Shown piece after piece: positions 1 through 14,857 of a DNA stretch of 64,000 nt. Source of the DNA: Eledone cirrhosa (Eukaryota); the NCBI GenBank assembly GCA_964016885.1, contig CAXHJY010000639.1, positions 62,001 to 126,000 of the forward strand, given 5' to 3'. The notes beneath the pieces are model-generated. The model saw nothing but the letters and a program-made list of their open reading frames with translations. It searched no databases and was not told the origin of the DNA. How positions within the stretch are numbered: position 1 is the stretch's first letter; each line of letters starts with the position of its first letter. The position numbers and the translations under genes were made by a program.

Positions 1-400
1 CAACCCTTCAGTGGAGCCTGTCTCAACACAGTTCCATCACTTTCGACTGGTACTCAGCTGGATGGCGACTGCTTGCACATCAGTGTTTTCCTGAGGTTCG
101 GCCTCTGGGTCTGTCAGCCTCATGAAGGCTGCTGCAGTACCACTGTGGATCCTTTCGGTCTCCACTCACTGTCATGCCGTTACAGTGCTAGTCCCCTCCC
201 ATGCCATGCTGCTCTCAACAAGATCATAAAGCATGGCCACAGGCTTTCTTTCCCAGCTTGAGCTAGCAGAGCTGGACCGATGGAACAGCAAAAGGCCAAA
301 CAGCATGACAATCTTCCTGTTCTGTGGAGTTAGGCCCCTCATCTAGGATGCTGCATGCTGTGACACCTTCTCTAGTAGCAACCTGGGGCATTTGGCTACC
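1..400 (+). mobile_element. Degenerate C-terminal fragment of a CRE-like non-LTR retrotransposon (zinc knuckle + restriction-like endonuclease)
   Basis: Translation across frames gives 'CCSTTVDPFGLHSLSCRY...CHAALNKIIK' then 'LDRWNSKRPNSMTIF...LI*DAACCDTF'. This matches the RLE-clade pattern C..VD..G.H.LSC...RH..LN.IIK...DGKRPDG.T..P...L.WDATC.DT. Stops and frameshifts are present. Confidence 0.7.
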
Positions 401-3400
401 GGCCAAGTATCACTGCTTTCTGATAGGTTTGTGGTAAAGCCTGTAACAGTGAGACTTCTGGTGTACTTAGCTCCTGGACCACATCCCTGCTCACTGCTAT
501 TGGAGTGGAGTTGGCTGCCCACAGATGCAAGCCCCACAAGGTGGAGTGGGTGTTTCAGCGCATCTCCCTTGCCATCTTCTGGGGTAATGAATTCTCCATC
601 CTGTCAGCCATGACCAAGAGGCGGAGGGTAAGTTAGTTGGAGGTGGAGGATTCAGACGTCACACATACACCCATACTCGACCACTTACACAGTCCAACGA
701 GTTAGTTAATATAGTTTAAAATGTGCTATTATGGCATGAAGGTAAACAAAACATAAAAGAAATATTTGTGGACTGCTAGCTATTGAGAGCCATGATAATA
801 ATATATAAAATATAATGTTTTTAACAGAAATATATTCTTATGTTATATTATTTTCATTTCACCAAATTATAAGTAACCATAAACGTGTTTTGAGCTATTT
901 AAAGCACTGCCAGCTAACATCATATACAACGTTGAATAGTTGCTTTTGATCATATATACAATGTACCATATATTTTGAATTAAGATTTTGCAGGTCCAGT
1001 AGATAAGCTATATGTTGGTTTTTGTGTCGTATTTTCATAAAAAACAAGTGTGACATATATAAGAACTATATATTTACTCTGCTACTTTATTGATTATGTC
1101 TAAATACTTATGACTCACACACACACATACCTGTGTTTGTGTATGTATATAATATATATATAATGGGTTTTAAATGATGATGATGATGATATATCTGCCT
1201 GTGTGTTAGTTTCTGGTGTTTAGCCAATTAAAATTCAGCAGAAATGTGTGGAATTTGTGTCTAGAATAATTGAATATAATCACTGAATATCAATTGCCTG
1301 TTTGTGCTAATATACAAAGTAAAACCGAGTATTTATGAATGAATTTTATATTATGTAATGCTATTATATAATATAGTAATTGAGATTTCTTTGGGTTTGT
1401 TTTTTAGATTTTTGTTGTGATCCAAGTAGTTGTTGAAACATTTAATTCCAATTATTAAAATATTAGATATATATCTAAGCTATTTTGACATGATAATTTT
1501 TTTAAAAAAATAAACAGATTATTTAGATATTTCTTTAAATTACCAGTTTTTCAACTATTTAAAAAAAAGTAATTAACATTGTTATAATAGCTTTAGAATA
1601 TTTATCTTATTAACAAAATAACCCATTTAACGTTTTTGTTATATGCTGAATAATATAGCTTTATATGACTTCACAATAAACATATTTTTACTTTTTTAAT
1701 ACAACCTGCATAAAACTGCCCCTGGTTCTATGATACAAAACTGCTTATTTTTCTATTTGTAAAAATCTTTGATTATTTTTATGATAGTTTTTATTAAGAT
1801 ATGTTCTAAACACTAACTTACTAATGAAAAGTTAACTATTTTATTAAATTTTTACAAAAGTTTTATTTTAAAAATTAATTGACTCACATTTCATTAGGTA
1901 ACAAAAAAATTAAATTAATCATTTCTAATAGAAGAGAAATTCAACTGTTGCAACACATTTTCATTTGTCAGTCACTTTTTTCATTGTCCAAAACTAAAAC
2001 AAACCACCAGTATTTGTCAGCCATGTACTACTTATTTGTAAATTACCTAGTTTATTAGAGAATTAAAAAAAAGATGAATTAACAAAAACACATATCTTAG
2101 GAACATTTTGTTTGTTCATTTTTCAATGCAAGAAAACTGATGTATTATAAGAGTAATAATGATCTAGGCAATGATTCAGTCATTGTTGTGTAAACCACCT
2201 AACAATTTCTACTTCCAGTTTGGCACTCCATCAAGTTGGTGTTGCTCTCTTCTGTTCATGCTCTACAGCTGAGTAAAAGAGGGTAAGTGGAGTTCACCAA
2301 AGCACCAGAAATATGATACAAATGTATGACTCTTGTCAAGAGGCCAATAACCACTTAGCTATAATGACACATTTAAGGAATGATGATGACATGTTGTCAA
2401 TAAAAAAAAAACCTATATAGAAGTATAAAGCATTAATCCATTGTCACTGAATACAAATTTTAATTACTAAATTTAGAGATTGTTTTAGCAAGTCTGTTTT
2501 ATGGAGTTACTCTTAACTTTTACTTGTCCCACACTTTTCTTTATTACAAAGTTATTATTAATTGTTTATAGCCCTCCCTTCTGTCCACCTTCTCCACCTC
2601 AGTTAACCCCCACTCCCCAACTGCCTTCCAAACCTTTCTCCTTGGCCAATTCATGCCACCATGGAAAGAAAGAAGTGTTCCCACCATATTGTGCTTCCTC
2701 CCACATCCCCAAATCCATTTTCCTTGTCCAACCCATGTCAACCTAGAGGAAAGATGTGCTTCCTATTCCCACCCCAAAATCAGTTCCTTGTCCAACACAT
2801 CTCTTTCCTTGTTCAACCCATGCCAACAGGGAATGCAATTCACCTCCCCCATTCTTCGTCCAACCTATACCAGCATGGAAAGAAGAAATAAAGTATTAAA
2901 AAAAAGCATTTCCTCTCCATTGTCTCCATTGTGCTCCCTCCATTGTGCTCCCCCCCTCCATTGTGCTCCTCTCCCTCTTACACCTCAGAATATATCACCA
3001 AACATAATTCACTCTCTTCCAATGACTTCCATGACCAAACGTTTCTTCTCCCATGTTAATACATTTTCCCTCTAAATGTAATCAGATTAGCATTACAAAC
3101 CTGCTTTTGTAATATCTAGATTAATAGTTGGGATGGTGTATATACTTTAGTCTGCTTTTCCAAAAAGAAGTAAAAAAAAAATGTAATTCAGTTAATTCAC
3201 AAACTTTCTGTCTCTGATACCCTTTAGAGTCTGATTCACCATCATGCTGTGATTTCCATGACACCACTCATAACAACACCAAAGTCTTCATTTTCAACTA
3301 GCTAGCTGTGCCAAATACCTTATAGGAAATTATGTATCTCAATCCTTTCACTACTTCTCAGCACTTGTTCTGACTTTTTTTCCTCCCTTAACTCCACAGC

Positions 3401-4955
3401 AAACCTTAATCAAGCTTTTCATTTTGAGATGTTCTTTAAATTTTTAAATCTCAAACTTTTGAAAGTTTCTATTAAGCATACTAATCTAACTTGCTTTTTT
3501 GCCTTTTCTTTGAAATGCTACTTATGAGCTGAGGTAATATGAACTACAGCTCATTATTAGGCTTTTCTGTCCCTACTTCAGATCAATTTTGTGTTTTAAA
3601 TCCCATCAGAGTTGACTTGAACTTTCACTCATTTGAGTTTTATTCAATTTTAATAAAATAACAGATAGTGTGAGAGTCAGGTCAATCGACACTATCCTCT
3701 TCTTACAAGAGAACATTGTTTTTTTTTTGTTTTTAAAAGATGACTGCTATTCTACCTTACAAAGTCCATAAAATAGGTACCAACAAAAATACATGTCATT
3801 TCATAAACTTCACAGAGAAAAATGTGTGCAAAATAGAATGATTTTGTTTTTAAAGAATGATTTCTAACTTAGGCACAGAGCCACCTATTTGGAGTAAGTT
3901 ATAGTAGATTAAATCAAACCCAGTACGTAACTGAAGGTAAAAGTGAGCTTAGTGGAAGTTGAATTGAGAATGTAAATGAATATAACTAAATATCACAAGG
4001 AATTTTGTTTGACATTCTACTGACACAGTTATAGATTTGCTAAAGAGAATATTGAGTAGTAGCTATACAGATATAGATAGACATCTAATGTGAATGGATG
4101 ATCAACAATTTAGAGCTACTGACAGTAATTTAAGAATTGGTAGAATCAGATCTGAATATGAAGACATAACCACAGAACTAAAATGATACCTTATTGCAAA
4201 CCCTGCATGGAAATAGCAGAAAATTTAATATATGATGATAGTGATAACATATTAGACTATTGTACATTATTCCCTCCTTTCCTTTAACCCATAACTCCTG
4301 GTGGATTCATTAAGGCACTGTAGTGAGTGAGATACAGCAATTCTTGGGCATTTTAAAAACTTGGTGGAGCCCATCTCCTTTCCATGTCTGAAGACAGCTG
4401 ATTTCTTTCAGAAAAGTAGAGAGAGCGAGAGAGAGGGGGGCGGGGGGGGGGGGATACAGAGGAATAATCGACCCCAGTAATGAGCTGGTACTTTATTTAT
4501 CAACCTAGAAAGAATGAAAGACAAAGTTGACCTTGAAGGGATTTGAACTCAGAGTGCAGCGAGCCAGAACAAATACCACAAAGCATTCTTTCCAAGTTTC
4601 TAACAGCTCTACCAATTCGCTGCCTATATTATTATGTTAGCTGCTAAAATAGATCAATCTTTATAAGTTCCATGTTGTCACATGAAATTTCTTAGTCACT
4701 GTTTGTACACACTGAAAATATTTTATTAAAAAAAAAAATATGTTTTTAAATACTATTCTTCATATCTATTCATTTTGTAAAACAATTTTTTTAAAATATA
4801 CTTTTGTTAAATTGTTTCACAAAATTTTAGACTTAACAAATGTAAGTTGTAGAAAGAAAACTATTTATATCACATTATCTCATATAAAGTACCAGTAATG
4901 CACTGGGTAATTGCTGGCCTTGTGCTTAAAGTAGAAACAATTATCTCATATATGT

Positions 4956-5143
4956 GTGGTGAATTGGCAGTATCGGTAGAGGGTCAGACGCCATGCTTTC
5001 CAGCATAGTTACATCCTTTTACGGTCTGAGTTCAAATCCCGTCGAGGTTAACTTTGCCTTTCATCCTTACCAGGTCAATAAAATAAAGTACCAGTAATGA
5101 ACTAGGTAATTTCTGGCCTTGTGCCAAAAGTAGAAACAATTAT
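4956..5143 (+). mobile_element. tRNA-derived SINE (family 1, tail ...GGCCTTGTGCCAAAAGTAGAAACAATTA)
   Basis: A-box-like TGGCAGTATCGG and B-box GAGTTCAAATCC. The same body recurs at 6224, 31641, 56094 and 59453. An extra partial tail sits just upstream (4886-4943). Confidence 0.8.
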
Positions 5144-6223
5144 TGCATATATGTGTAAACTGCTGAAGCAAGTTTTTATTTTTTTAAATTTTTTTTATTA
5201 AAGATTATTATTGCCTGATATAAATATTTTTTTCTTTTAAATGGTAAAGTTAATAATTATGATGCATTCTTTTGAAACCACAGTCATTTACTCTTTCGAT
5301 GTTTGAAACTGCTTGACTAAATCTAGTTATGTGTTTGCTTTCATCCCTTTTGATACGGATTTCAAATTTTGTTTGCATCAAATTTGGCTTTTACCCTACC
5401 AACATTCTCCATCGTTTTTACTTCAACTTTTCCATGCTAGCATAGGTTGGACAGGACTTTTTACAGCTGGAAGCCCTTCCTGACACTAACCTTTTTAGTC
5501 GCCTTTTACATAATTTTTAATTGGATAATTTGAGGAGGCAAGGCAGCAAACATGACCTTTTTGCAAGACCTCTGTCATTGGTGGATGGAAAGTGAGAAAG
5601 AAACCATGACTCCTAGATTATTCTCAGACCAGACACATGATCCACATGCTTCCAACAGAATGGACTTTTCCACAAGCACCCAAGAGTGAGGTGGTAATTA
5701 TAAACTGGGTGATAAATTGAGCTTACCATCTAAGAACAGGTACAGTCTATCTGACAGCTTCTGCTCAGTTTAACATCTACCCAATTTCACCCTGGGTCAA
5801 TCTGAGGCTATAGTAGAAGACGCTTGTTCAAGATGACATGTAGTGGGATTAAATCTGGAATCACGTCAATGTAGAGCAAACTTTTTTCCCACACAGTTAC
5901 ACCAGTAATAAGAAAACCTTTCGTAAAGAGAAAAATAATTTATTAACTGTGGTTGACCAGTACCTCTATAAAGCCCCACTATATCAGATTGATAGGCATC
6001 AGCAGCTATAAACAAACTATATTTTTCCTCCACCTCTTTTTTTTATCTCTTTGTCCTACCCTCATCTTCCATAGTAATTATGATTTTTATTTCTTTTCAA
6101 GCTTGAATGTATTGATTTTCAATCTTTAATCTATTGGCTTAATGTTTAATTTTGTTAGCATAAGGTTTGGGTCAGGATATTTTATTTCTGTTTTGGAATA
6201 TAAGTAACATGATGTGTTTATAA

Positions 6224-6414
6224 TAATTGTTTCTACTTTTGGCACAAGACCAGGAATTACCCAGTGCATTACTGGTACTTTATTTTATTGACCCCGTAAG
6301 GATGAAAGGCAAAGTTAACCTCGGCGGGATTTGAACTCAGAATGGCAAGGGCCGTAACTCTATGCATCAAAGCATGGCATCCGACCCTCTACCGATACTA
6401 CTAATCCACCGCAC
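6224..6414 (-). mobile_element. tRNA-derived SINE (family 1), full length with target-site duplication
   Basis: Reverse complement of the 4956 copy, flanked by the direct repeat TTTATAATAAT (6217-6227 and 6417-6427). Confidence 0.85.
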
Positions 6415-9400
6415 TATTTATAATAATACTGGCACTAAAGAGTCAGCTTTCTCAAATATAATGTCCTAGTGTTCGATTTTGGAGTAGGTATTTCTTCTTT
6501 GGTCTGTAGCTGGAACTGGTTATCTAATTTTCTGCCAAATGAATGTATTATTTACAGCAAAATAATAGTTTGGAAAAGTGAGGTTAATAGATAAAGTGTC
6601 ACTTATTATATGGGACAAATTTAGTAGTGTGAAACTTGCATCAACTTTATATGTTTCAGAACATTCTGAAATGGCTTCTAAGCATGGATTGATAGTTTTG
6701 CTGCATACCCATCCCCTCTATTTTTCTACAGTATTTTTATAAGTGAGATCTTCAATTGCTTTCAGCCATTGATAATTGGTGCTCTTGTTTAAAAAAGTGT
6801 CTATTATATTTCAAAATGCATGAACTTTTGTTTGCTGCAAAATTGCTGAGTGAAAAAAGAAAAAAAACACCCACCAGGTTATTTGACTGGAATAAAACTC
6901 AATAATTACACATTAAATATATTAAAAACAGGAATAAGGGCAATAAAATGTGGAGCATACCACCTAGAATATTCAAGATACCGTCATTAAATAAAGGTTA
7001 AATATAATAAAAATATTGATGAAATTTCTTGTAAATATGACTGCATTCAAGTGGTTAGCAGTGTTTGTTTTTATCATTATCTTAATAATAATTTCCTTTT
7101 TTCAATTCATAAATTTACTATTTATTCAAAGCTTTATTTGGCAATTGACTACTTATTAATCTGATAAATATTAGATACTCTTGAAGCTATTTTCTTCATC
7201 ATATTTTGAATAATATTCACATTCTGAAGAAATGTAAATAGAAGCAGCCAAAGCTAGCAAGAAACCATTGTATACTTAGAAATATCATTGCAGTAGACTA
7301 ATTCAATAGTATTTGTTATATGACTCTGTTGAGCTGAGTCAGCTGTCTTTTAGATTGTGCTGAGCATATCTTCAATGCCTACTTCTGCCCACTCATTGCC
7401 AGTTGTCTTTGTATGCTTGTTTGCAAGCCATGATGGGATGGATAGTATGTGTGAGGTATCATGCAGCAACTCCTCCACAACAAACGTGTACATGAGACAA
7501 TGAGAGAGAGTCACTATATGCTCATTAGACCTGTTAGAAATAGCAGCTAAATTTCCCTCAAATCATACTGTCTTTTAAAAAAAGACACATTGGATGATAT
7601 CGTCATGCACTATATCTGAATAAAAGATGGCATGATCATAGCTGGAATGCTTTTAATAACATGTTTGCTTAATGAGGACCAATTAAAGCAGTAACAATGA
7701 ACTTGTGCAGGATCTGGTAGAAAAAAAAATTGTGGTTTTAACCAATGAGAGTTTTTGTTGGAAAAGATGACAGTCAATCTCATAGAGTGAAATAATCTTA
7801 AGACACTGGAATATTGTAATTTAAATAGGAATCCTTTAAAATGGGTGGTTTTGTTTCATAGAATCAAAGGCAGTTTTGGGTGGGTTGATATTGAGTTAAA
7901 ATGAAAATGTTTACCAAACTTTGACACTAAAAACAGTAAACTTTAAGAATTTCCAAGTAAGATAAGATGGAGTTGTTACCTGCCTTCAGAAACAGAAACT
8001 GTTAAGAAGACTGTCAGATGAATTGTGCCTTTTTTTCAAATGGTCAGCTTAGTCACACAGTGTTATGGTTCAATCTGATTAATATACATATCTAAGGTCT
8101 GAGGAGGCTTCTATATGTTAGCACTTTGCTCAAGTTTCATAGTATTTAATGGAAGACAGACAAATTCTCCTGAATAGGATGCCAGTCTATTGCAGTTAAC
8201 TTTTCCAAAGGAGGTATTCCCAAAAGCTATATTTTTGTGTCCAGAAATGCACTGATACACCTGGGGTACTCAGTATGCTCGGTAAAATGGTTGGCATTAA
8301 GAAGGACTCCCCAGCTGTTGAAACCACAGTAAAATGGAGCAAATAAGCAAGACACAATCGCCTGAGCCATCTAACCCCTGACCCTGACAATCTGTCCAAC
8401 CCATGCCAGCATAAAAAAGCAAAGAAAATAAAACGGATGTAAAATGATGATGAAGAATCTACACGCAAGTGGTACAATGCTTTATTCATTGAACCATCTA
8501 ATTTCTATAAACCCTAGTAGGTTTTGAGTCATTAATTCTACTTTGTTTTCCAGTTATCCCATTTAATACTCTTTGATGTTAAAGTAGACTTGTCATTTAT
8601 TTTTAAATATCTAAATGCTACCAATTAGATTGATTTTAGTTACATAATTAGTTACATAATAAGCCTAAAAATTTAAATAGGAGTAGTATAAATCTAATCA
8701 GGGAAAATTATAAATTCATTATAATCTGTAATTTAATAGTTTGAACCTTACAAAAAGGATTTCTGATAATATTGCAGTCCTTTATTATAGAAGTTTAATT
8801 TTATATGGTAGTAGTGTTCATATTGGTTTATAAACTTAATACATACTATAAGACTTAGCTGTAATGGCTAGCTGTTTCTCATTATACCAGATTACACAGT
8901 TCATTTTTGTTTGTTTTTTGTTTCATAATTTTTCTATTTAGTTACTATTGTCTTGTTGCTGTCTGACATAAAATTATTTTCCTATATGTACCTAACATAG
9001 ATATTAATTATTACAATTATGTGTCATTTCTTTTGCTATAGTCTAAGTTGCCCCATTTATATGTTAGAAGTATTTATCATAGAAGAACAACAAAAAATAG
9101 CTATTTTGAGTGATTTCAAGAATTTAATTGTACAAGTTTGTTTTATAAATTGGCTTCCAGTCAAGTTAGAGCATTCAGTTAACATTTTTTTTATTTAGGT
9201 GCTTTCGTGTGTGAATTATCTCCTGCAGCAGACAAGATAGATTTATAGTTAAATTACTTCCAATGATATAATTATGGCTTAATTAATTGAACATCTTATT
9301 AACTAACTTGATAAGACATTGAATGATTAAATATATGTTTCTATGTGCGCATGTGTGGTTCTTACACAATATATAAAACTTTAAAACATGCATTAATTGT

Positions 9401-11069
9401 GAAATGGAATATTTTCCTGTTTTCTGTTAAAAAGTCTGTTTTTATATTCTTCTTTTATGATTTTCAACTTAATTATTTTCATGGTAAATACTGAATGAAC
9501 TTTTTTCTGACCTTCATAGCTTTGCTGTAATCTTTACTAATAAGCTTATTTTTCATTATAGCTGGTGTCCTAATAATAATTTTAATACATTGCAAAAACT
9601 CTTATATGTCTGAACAGTTTTTTATAGTTACCTTTTTTTTTATTGTTGATACTTTATGCAATAGAAAAATAAGCCAATATCTTCAGACATCCAACTCAAA
9701 TAAATGTAATATTCATTATTTTTCTTCTACAAAATTAATTAAAGTAAATCCTGAATTCAAGATTTTCTTGTCTTTAAAGCTTAGAAATTAGTGTAATTTA
9801 TAATTAATTGTAAGTGATATGAAATTTTGTTTCTTTTCCGTTCTTACAAAATGTCTCTAGCATGGAAAAGCAGATGTGATGATGATGATGATATTAACTA
9901 TCACTGTCACTGCCTTACACAACTTAATCTCTTCTTACTGTATAACCCCGAACAATCTCTGAACTTTCTGATACTTCAAGTCACATATCATGTTGGATCA
10001 TTGTTGTGTGTTCACTGCACCTCTCTTCTCCAAGCATCTTGTCCCTCACTAAGTTTGGCCTGCCAACAGAAGCTGTCTTTTTGTAAGGATGCTGCTGTCA
10101 GGAATCAAGGTATTCTATTTACCCAAGCAGCCCAAATTTGAAATGATGTTTCTTTAAATTTTGGATAACATTTTCTAGTGTTATAATAAACGTAAGAAAA
10201 CAACAGAGACTCCTTTTTTGTATAACACCATTAACTGTTGGAGGATTAGTTAAAATGGTTATTAGTTTTTGACTGCATCTTTGGAAGTCTAAGAAAGAGC
10301 AGAAAATATTTCTTTCAATTTATTTTTATTGGCTTTTGTTAGCTATTGACCTAATTTGGAATAACTTTATACTACTGCTTGTTGATATTTTTGTTGGGAA
10401 GTTCTCAACAATTTTGTTTGGGTGGAGACAGTGATGGCTGTTTATACATACATACACAGGTGTGTGTATGTATATACACACACACTCGCACAAACAAACA
10501 AACATATATGCATATATATGTCAGGTTGCTCTTCAGCACTGGGTTATATGTTACCAAACATATAACCCAGTACAATCTATGCATTCTCGGGTTGTCAACA
10601 ACTAAACCAGCAACCCCACCAAGCTTGCTTGGTGAGTGAGGGTGATTTTTTTTTTTTTTTTTTTTTTTTTCTGAAAAAGTACAGACATCGCTTGATATGT
10701 GACATTTTTTGCAATGCATGATATTGCTGGCCATAGGCAAGTCCTTAGCAGGACTAAAAAACCATGTCTGTGATTGTTCACACTGACATTACTCGAAATC
10801 AAGTTGCAGCCATTATATATATATATATATGACAAGAAAAAAAAGAAAAAAAAAAGTACTCAGTCTATCCTGTAAGGCGGTCATGCTGGTGACAATAAAA
10901 AGTGCCCAGCCCACCCTGTAAGATTTTTTTTTTTGATGCCATGATAAATACCACCCAGTACACACTGGGCTAGCATTAGGAAGAGCTTTCAGCCATAGAA
11001 ATCAAAATACAGATCGATATGAGCAAGACTGAAAAAATGGACATTAAGTAATGATGATGATATATGTAA

Positions 11070-11735
11070 AACTAATGAGCAAAAAATCAATACATGTTTA
11101 TTATGTTTGAATTATTTTTGCAATAAATTTGCTTAGGTTTAGCTGGGTTCTAACAATTATCACGTCTTCAGATGTGCACATATGCGGATAGGGGACAGAT
11201 ATATAACCAGACTGGTTTTGTACCTGTCGGCATATGAATATGTTTACTGGGTGCATTTTATTGTGGTATCAGCACTATAACTTTACAGAGTATTTTATCA
11301 TGGTACCAAGGCTGTTGTGTTCTTAGCAGAGCGAAGAGAGATTGTACAGAAATAGGAAATGAGAGTATGACAGAAAAGGTTCTGGAGAGGAAGTAATGGC
11401 AGCTACATGTTTGTTGCTGAGATGAGAGAGAGGGGAGGAGACAAGGAGAGGAGAGAGAACAAGTGTTAGGTTGTACATATTGCTAGAAGTGGCTTTGAGA
11501 TAGCTGGCAACTCAGAAGGGGTTATGGTAGAGGATGTATATATATATATTTAAGAGGGTGTTAAAGTTTGCTTGAAGCATTGTGAAATGTGTAAAATACG
11601 TAGTTTAGAAAGCCACAACAATGCAGATGGGAAATCTCGAGGTAGGAAGTGAATGATATCTATCATTCACTTCCTACCTCGAGATTTCCCATCTGCATTG
11701 TTGTGGCTTTCTAAACTACGTATTTTATATATATA
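11070..11735 (-). mobile_element. Probable Penelope-like element remnant with terminal fold-back
   Basis: Degenerate hammerhead-like CTGAAGA..GAAC on the - strand (11144-11171), a perfect 67-bp inverted repeat at 11592-11727, and (TA)n-like borders. The family assignment is inferred. Confidence 0.45.
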
Positions 11736-13389
11736 TTTATTAGTACACTCGGCAAAAGTGGTTGGTATTAGGAAAGGCATGCCAAAATGTATTTTAGTGA
11801 GATATAGTCACCTGAGCCACCTGGGAGAACAGTAGTTCTGATAAATTACTGACTTTGAACATGGAAAAACAGGCATAAAATGATGATGATGATATATATT
11901 TATTTTTTTAATCATTTTATTAGACATACATTAAGTTTGTTAATAAAAACTATGAAAATAGGCTCAATCCCGATTAACACTTCATTGATCTTCATGAGAC
12001 TGAGATATAAATCTTATATTTTCCTTGGTGTGTTTACACTTGTTTTTCTATGTTTGTACTAATCCATAACGTTGGATCAGATATTTTATAGCTGAAAGCT
12101 CTTCCACGCAGCCATGAAGTGGGAGAATTCTGTTGATAAAATCTTAAGCTGATTTTCCCTCACTTCATCTCACCCCACCCTTTGCACTGGTACAATTGCT
12201 GTCACTTGAATATTTTACATGTGTAATTAAGTTTAATGTTGGGTTTTATAAAATTGATCTCTTTTCATATATCTTCATCTGAGGACTGATAAACATTGAT
12301 TCAAATTGTAGTATACAGTTGAAATTTGATGTTACTTTGTACAATGATTAAGAAAAGTGAAATTGCTTAACTTAGAATCAAATCTACATTGCAGACTCAG
12401 TTTATTGGGAGCTATTCCTAATAATTTTTTGTTTTTTACCCCAAACTATAACTCAGTGGAAATTTGTCTTTACCCATGTTTATTCTAAGGGAATCAAATT
12501 AAACTTACAGAAAGGGACTGAAAATGCTATAAGAATTTCTCTTTTTCATTGGATGAAACATTTAAAATAAAAAGAATAACTGTACAAATTACTGTTATAT
12601 TTGGGGAGGGTCATGTCCTAATATTGCCAGAAAAACTACATCACCTGGAGAGATAACTCTTTAATTTTAATGTGTCCCTCGAAAATTCCTTCACAGTAAC
12701 AAAATATATTTATGTATTTAGTACTTGTCACTTCATTTCTCGCTTCCCAAACGTTGCTTTAAAATACCAGTCCAGGACAGTGGATTGGTGAAATTGTTAG
12801 AGCATCAGACAAGATACCTTGCAGTGTTTGTTCTAGTTCTTTGCATTCTGAGTTCAAATCTTGCTGTGGTCTGCTTTGGTGGTTTAACTTCATCACCTGG
12901 CCCTCAAAACCTTTATTAGAGTCCACTCGGTTGCAAAGATTTGGACTGTGATTCCAGTTTGAGAATACCTTCTCACCTGGATCATGACCCTGCTCTTCTC
13001 TCCCTGACTGAACAGTAAAAAAGTGTAATATATATGTGAAATTTTGTTGTTATAGAATCAAAACTTCCTAGAAAGATTTTATTTAGCACACACTGATAAT
13101 TTTCCTATTCCTATTTACCCTTATATTTCTATTGATCTCTATTTTGATTTACATGACAAATGTCTGAAAATTGATTAAATGTTACAGCTGTTATGGTGCA
13201 TTAATTTTAGTTTAGATTCACTGCTCAGCTTATTTCCATCTGGTTTTACTGAACTGAAAGGCAGATTCCCTAGTAATGCAGTTTTTACTTAATTTTTTAC
13301 ACCAAACTACCTGAGACTGCTGCTAATTCTACAATTCAAAGCTGTTCATTTTAATGAGTTTAAATTTATTTAAAATGTTTTCACCATAA

Positions 13390-14857
13390 TCTATACATAT
13401 ATATAAAACTGAAATTGTCTGTGTGTGTGTGTGTGTGTGTGTCCTAATTTTTGCAAAGTCTATACAAATCCACATTTCTACTCCGATTGACTTCAAACTT
13501 GCATTTATATATTCCTTGTGGTCTAAAGATATTAACTGCAGCTTTTATTTTTCAATTTTCTGTTGTTAAAGGGATGTTAGGCGCAGGTTAGCGATCTCTC
13601 TCTCTTTCTTAGTCTATCTTTTTAGATAGATACATAGCTATAACGTCGCGCCCTTATAATATCTGTCTGTATGTCTGGCTGTCTCCATTACGACATTATG
13701 AAAACATTGTTCTCATTACTGACATATTATCTTCACTATTTTCCGTTCATTGCCAGGGAACATCTTCACGAACCAAAGTATCGTGTTCCTGTTTTCCTTC
13801 GGTTGCAACGTTTTTTGAAATATTTACTTCTGCGTTCACAGATTGTTTTTTTTTTAGTTTCAGAAGATCCCGTTAAGGGTGAAAGCGGCGATTCTTTGCC
13901 TAAACTTTAATCTGTTATTTTAATATATATATATAATTATATATTCGTGTACAGATATTTTTGCATACACAAAAACAAAATATAAACAAACGTATTTATT
14001 TCACGAAAGCACAGACGGTTTATCGTCATTGTTACTGCCGATATGCCACCCAAAAAGTCCCACTACTTTTGGCACAAGGCCAGCAATTACATAGTCAACG
14101 GTTTGGAAATCACATGCATCACTGACGAGTTTACTCCTTACTCTACCAGTTAGTCTTATTGAACTTCGTCCTACTTTTAGGTCATGCCTCGAAGGAAGAG
14201 ATACTCCAGTGGCCGAAATACTGTGAAAGTGGCAAGATAAACAAGGCGGGCAAACGAATCTTCAGTGGAATCTGCTATTCGACGGTCGCAAGATGCTGAA
14301 CGTACTGCCACCAGAAGAGCACTTGAAACAAACAACCAACGAATCATTAACTGAACCGTGTCAGCTTTGCAATGTCTATCAATAAATCCCAGGGTCAGAC
14401 TCTAACTGTTGCTGGCCTTCTTTTGGAAGAGTCATGTTTTTCACATGGGCAACTATACGTTGGCTGCTCAAGAGTGGGAAGCAAGACAAATCTCTTTGCA
14501 TATGCCCGACACAGAAGAACAAGGAACATTGTGTACAAGGAGGTGCTACAATCATTGTTTAGGTAGACGAGGCAGAAGGGGATATACACGATTGGCTGAA
14601 GAAGGACAAAACTGTGTTAGTAGTACGACCAACGGCTGCTATCACACCAACAGCAGCAAAAACAATAACAAAAAAGAGAGGGAACGCAATTACATGCTTT
14701 TGAAAAATCTTAATGGAAAATCATTTGCCTAAGCACAAAATATAGACACCATCCCCAAGCGGAGGTATTCCGTACTTCTCTGTACTGTTTCAGAAAGGAG
14801 GGATAAATATGCCAATCTATGTTTAGAAGCCCGCGCAGTGCCAGGCCATTCTGCTAG
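13390..14857 (+). mobile_element. Non-autonomous Helitron (internal-deletion derivative of a RepHel element)
   Basis: 5' TC preceded by A and 3' CTAG followed by T. A GC-rich imperfect hairpin (GCCCGCGCAGTGCCAGGC) lies just before CTAG. It retains an N-terminal piece (MPRRKRYSSGR...RRANES...RRSQDAERTATRRALET, ~14184-14330) fused to the Pif1-helicase C-terminus. Confidence 0.9.
14357..14566 (+). pseudogene. Helitron Pif1-family helicase C-terminal fragment
   Basis: FAMSINKSQGQTL...LLLEESCFSHGQLYVGCSRV...TRNIVYKEVL are the terminal helicase motifs of Helitron RepHel proteins. Confidence 0.9.

Noticed and set aside
2501-3075. Overlapping 65-140 aa ORFs
   Set aside because: The region consists of degenerate repeated SINE/RTE-tail units (TTCCTTGTCCAACCCATG) and C/T-rich low-complexity sequence. 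There is no recognisable protein or splice structure.
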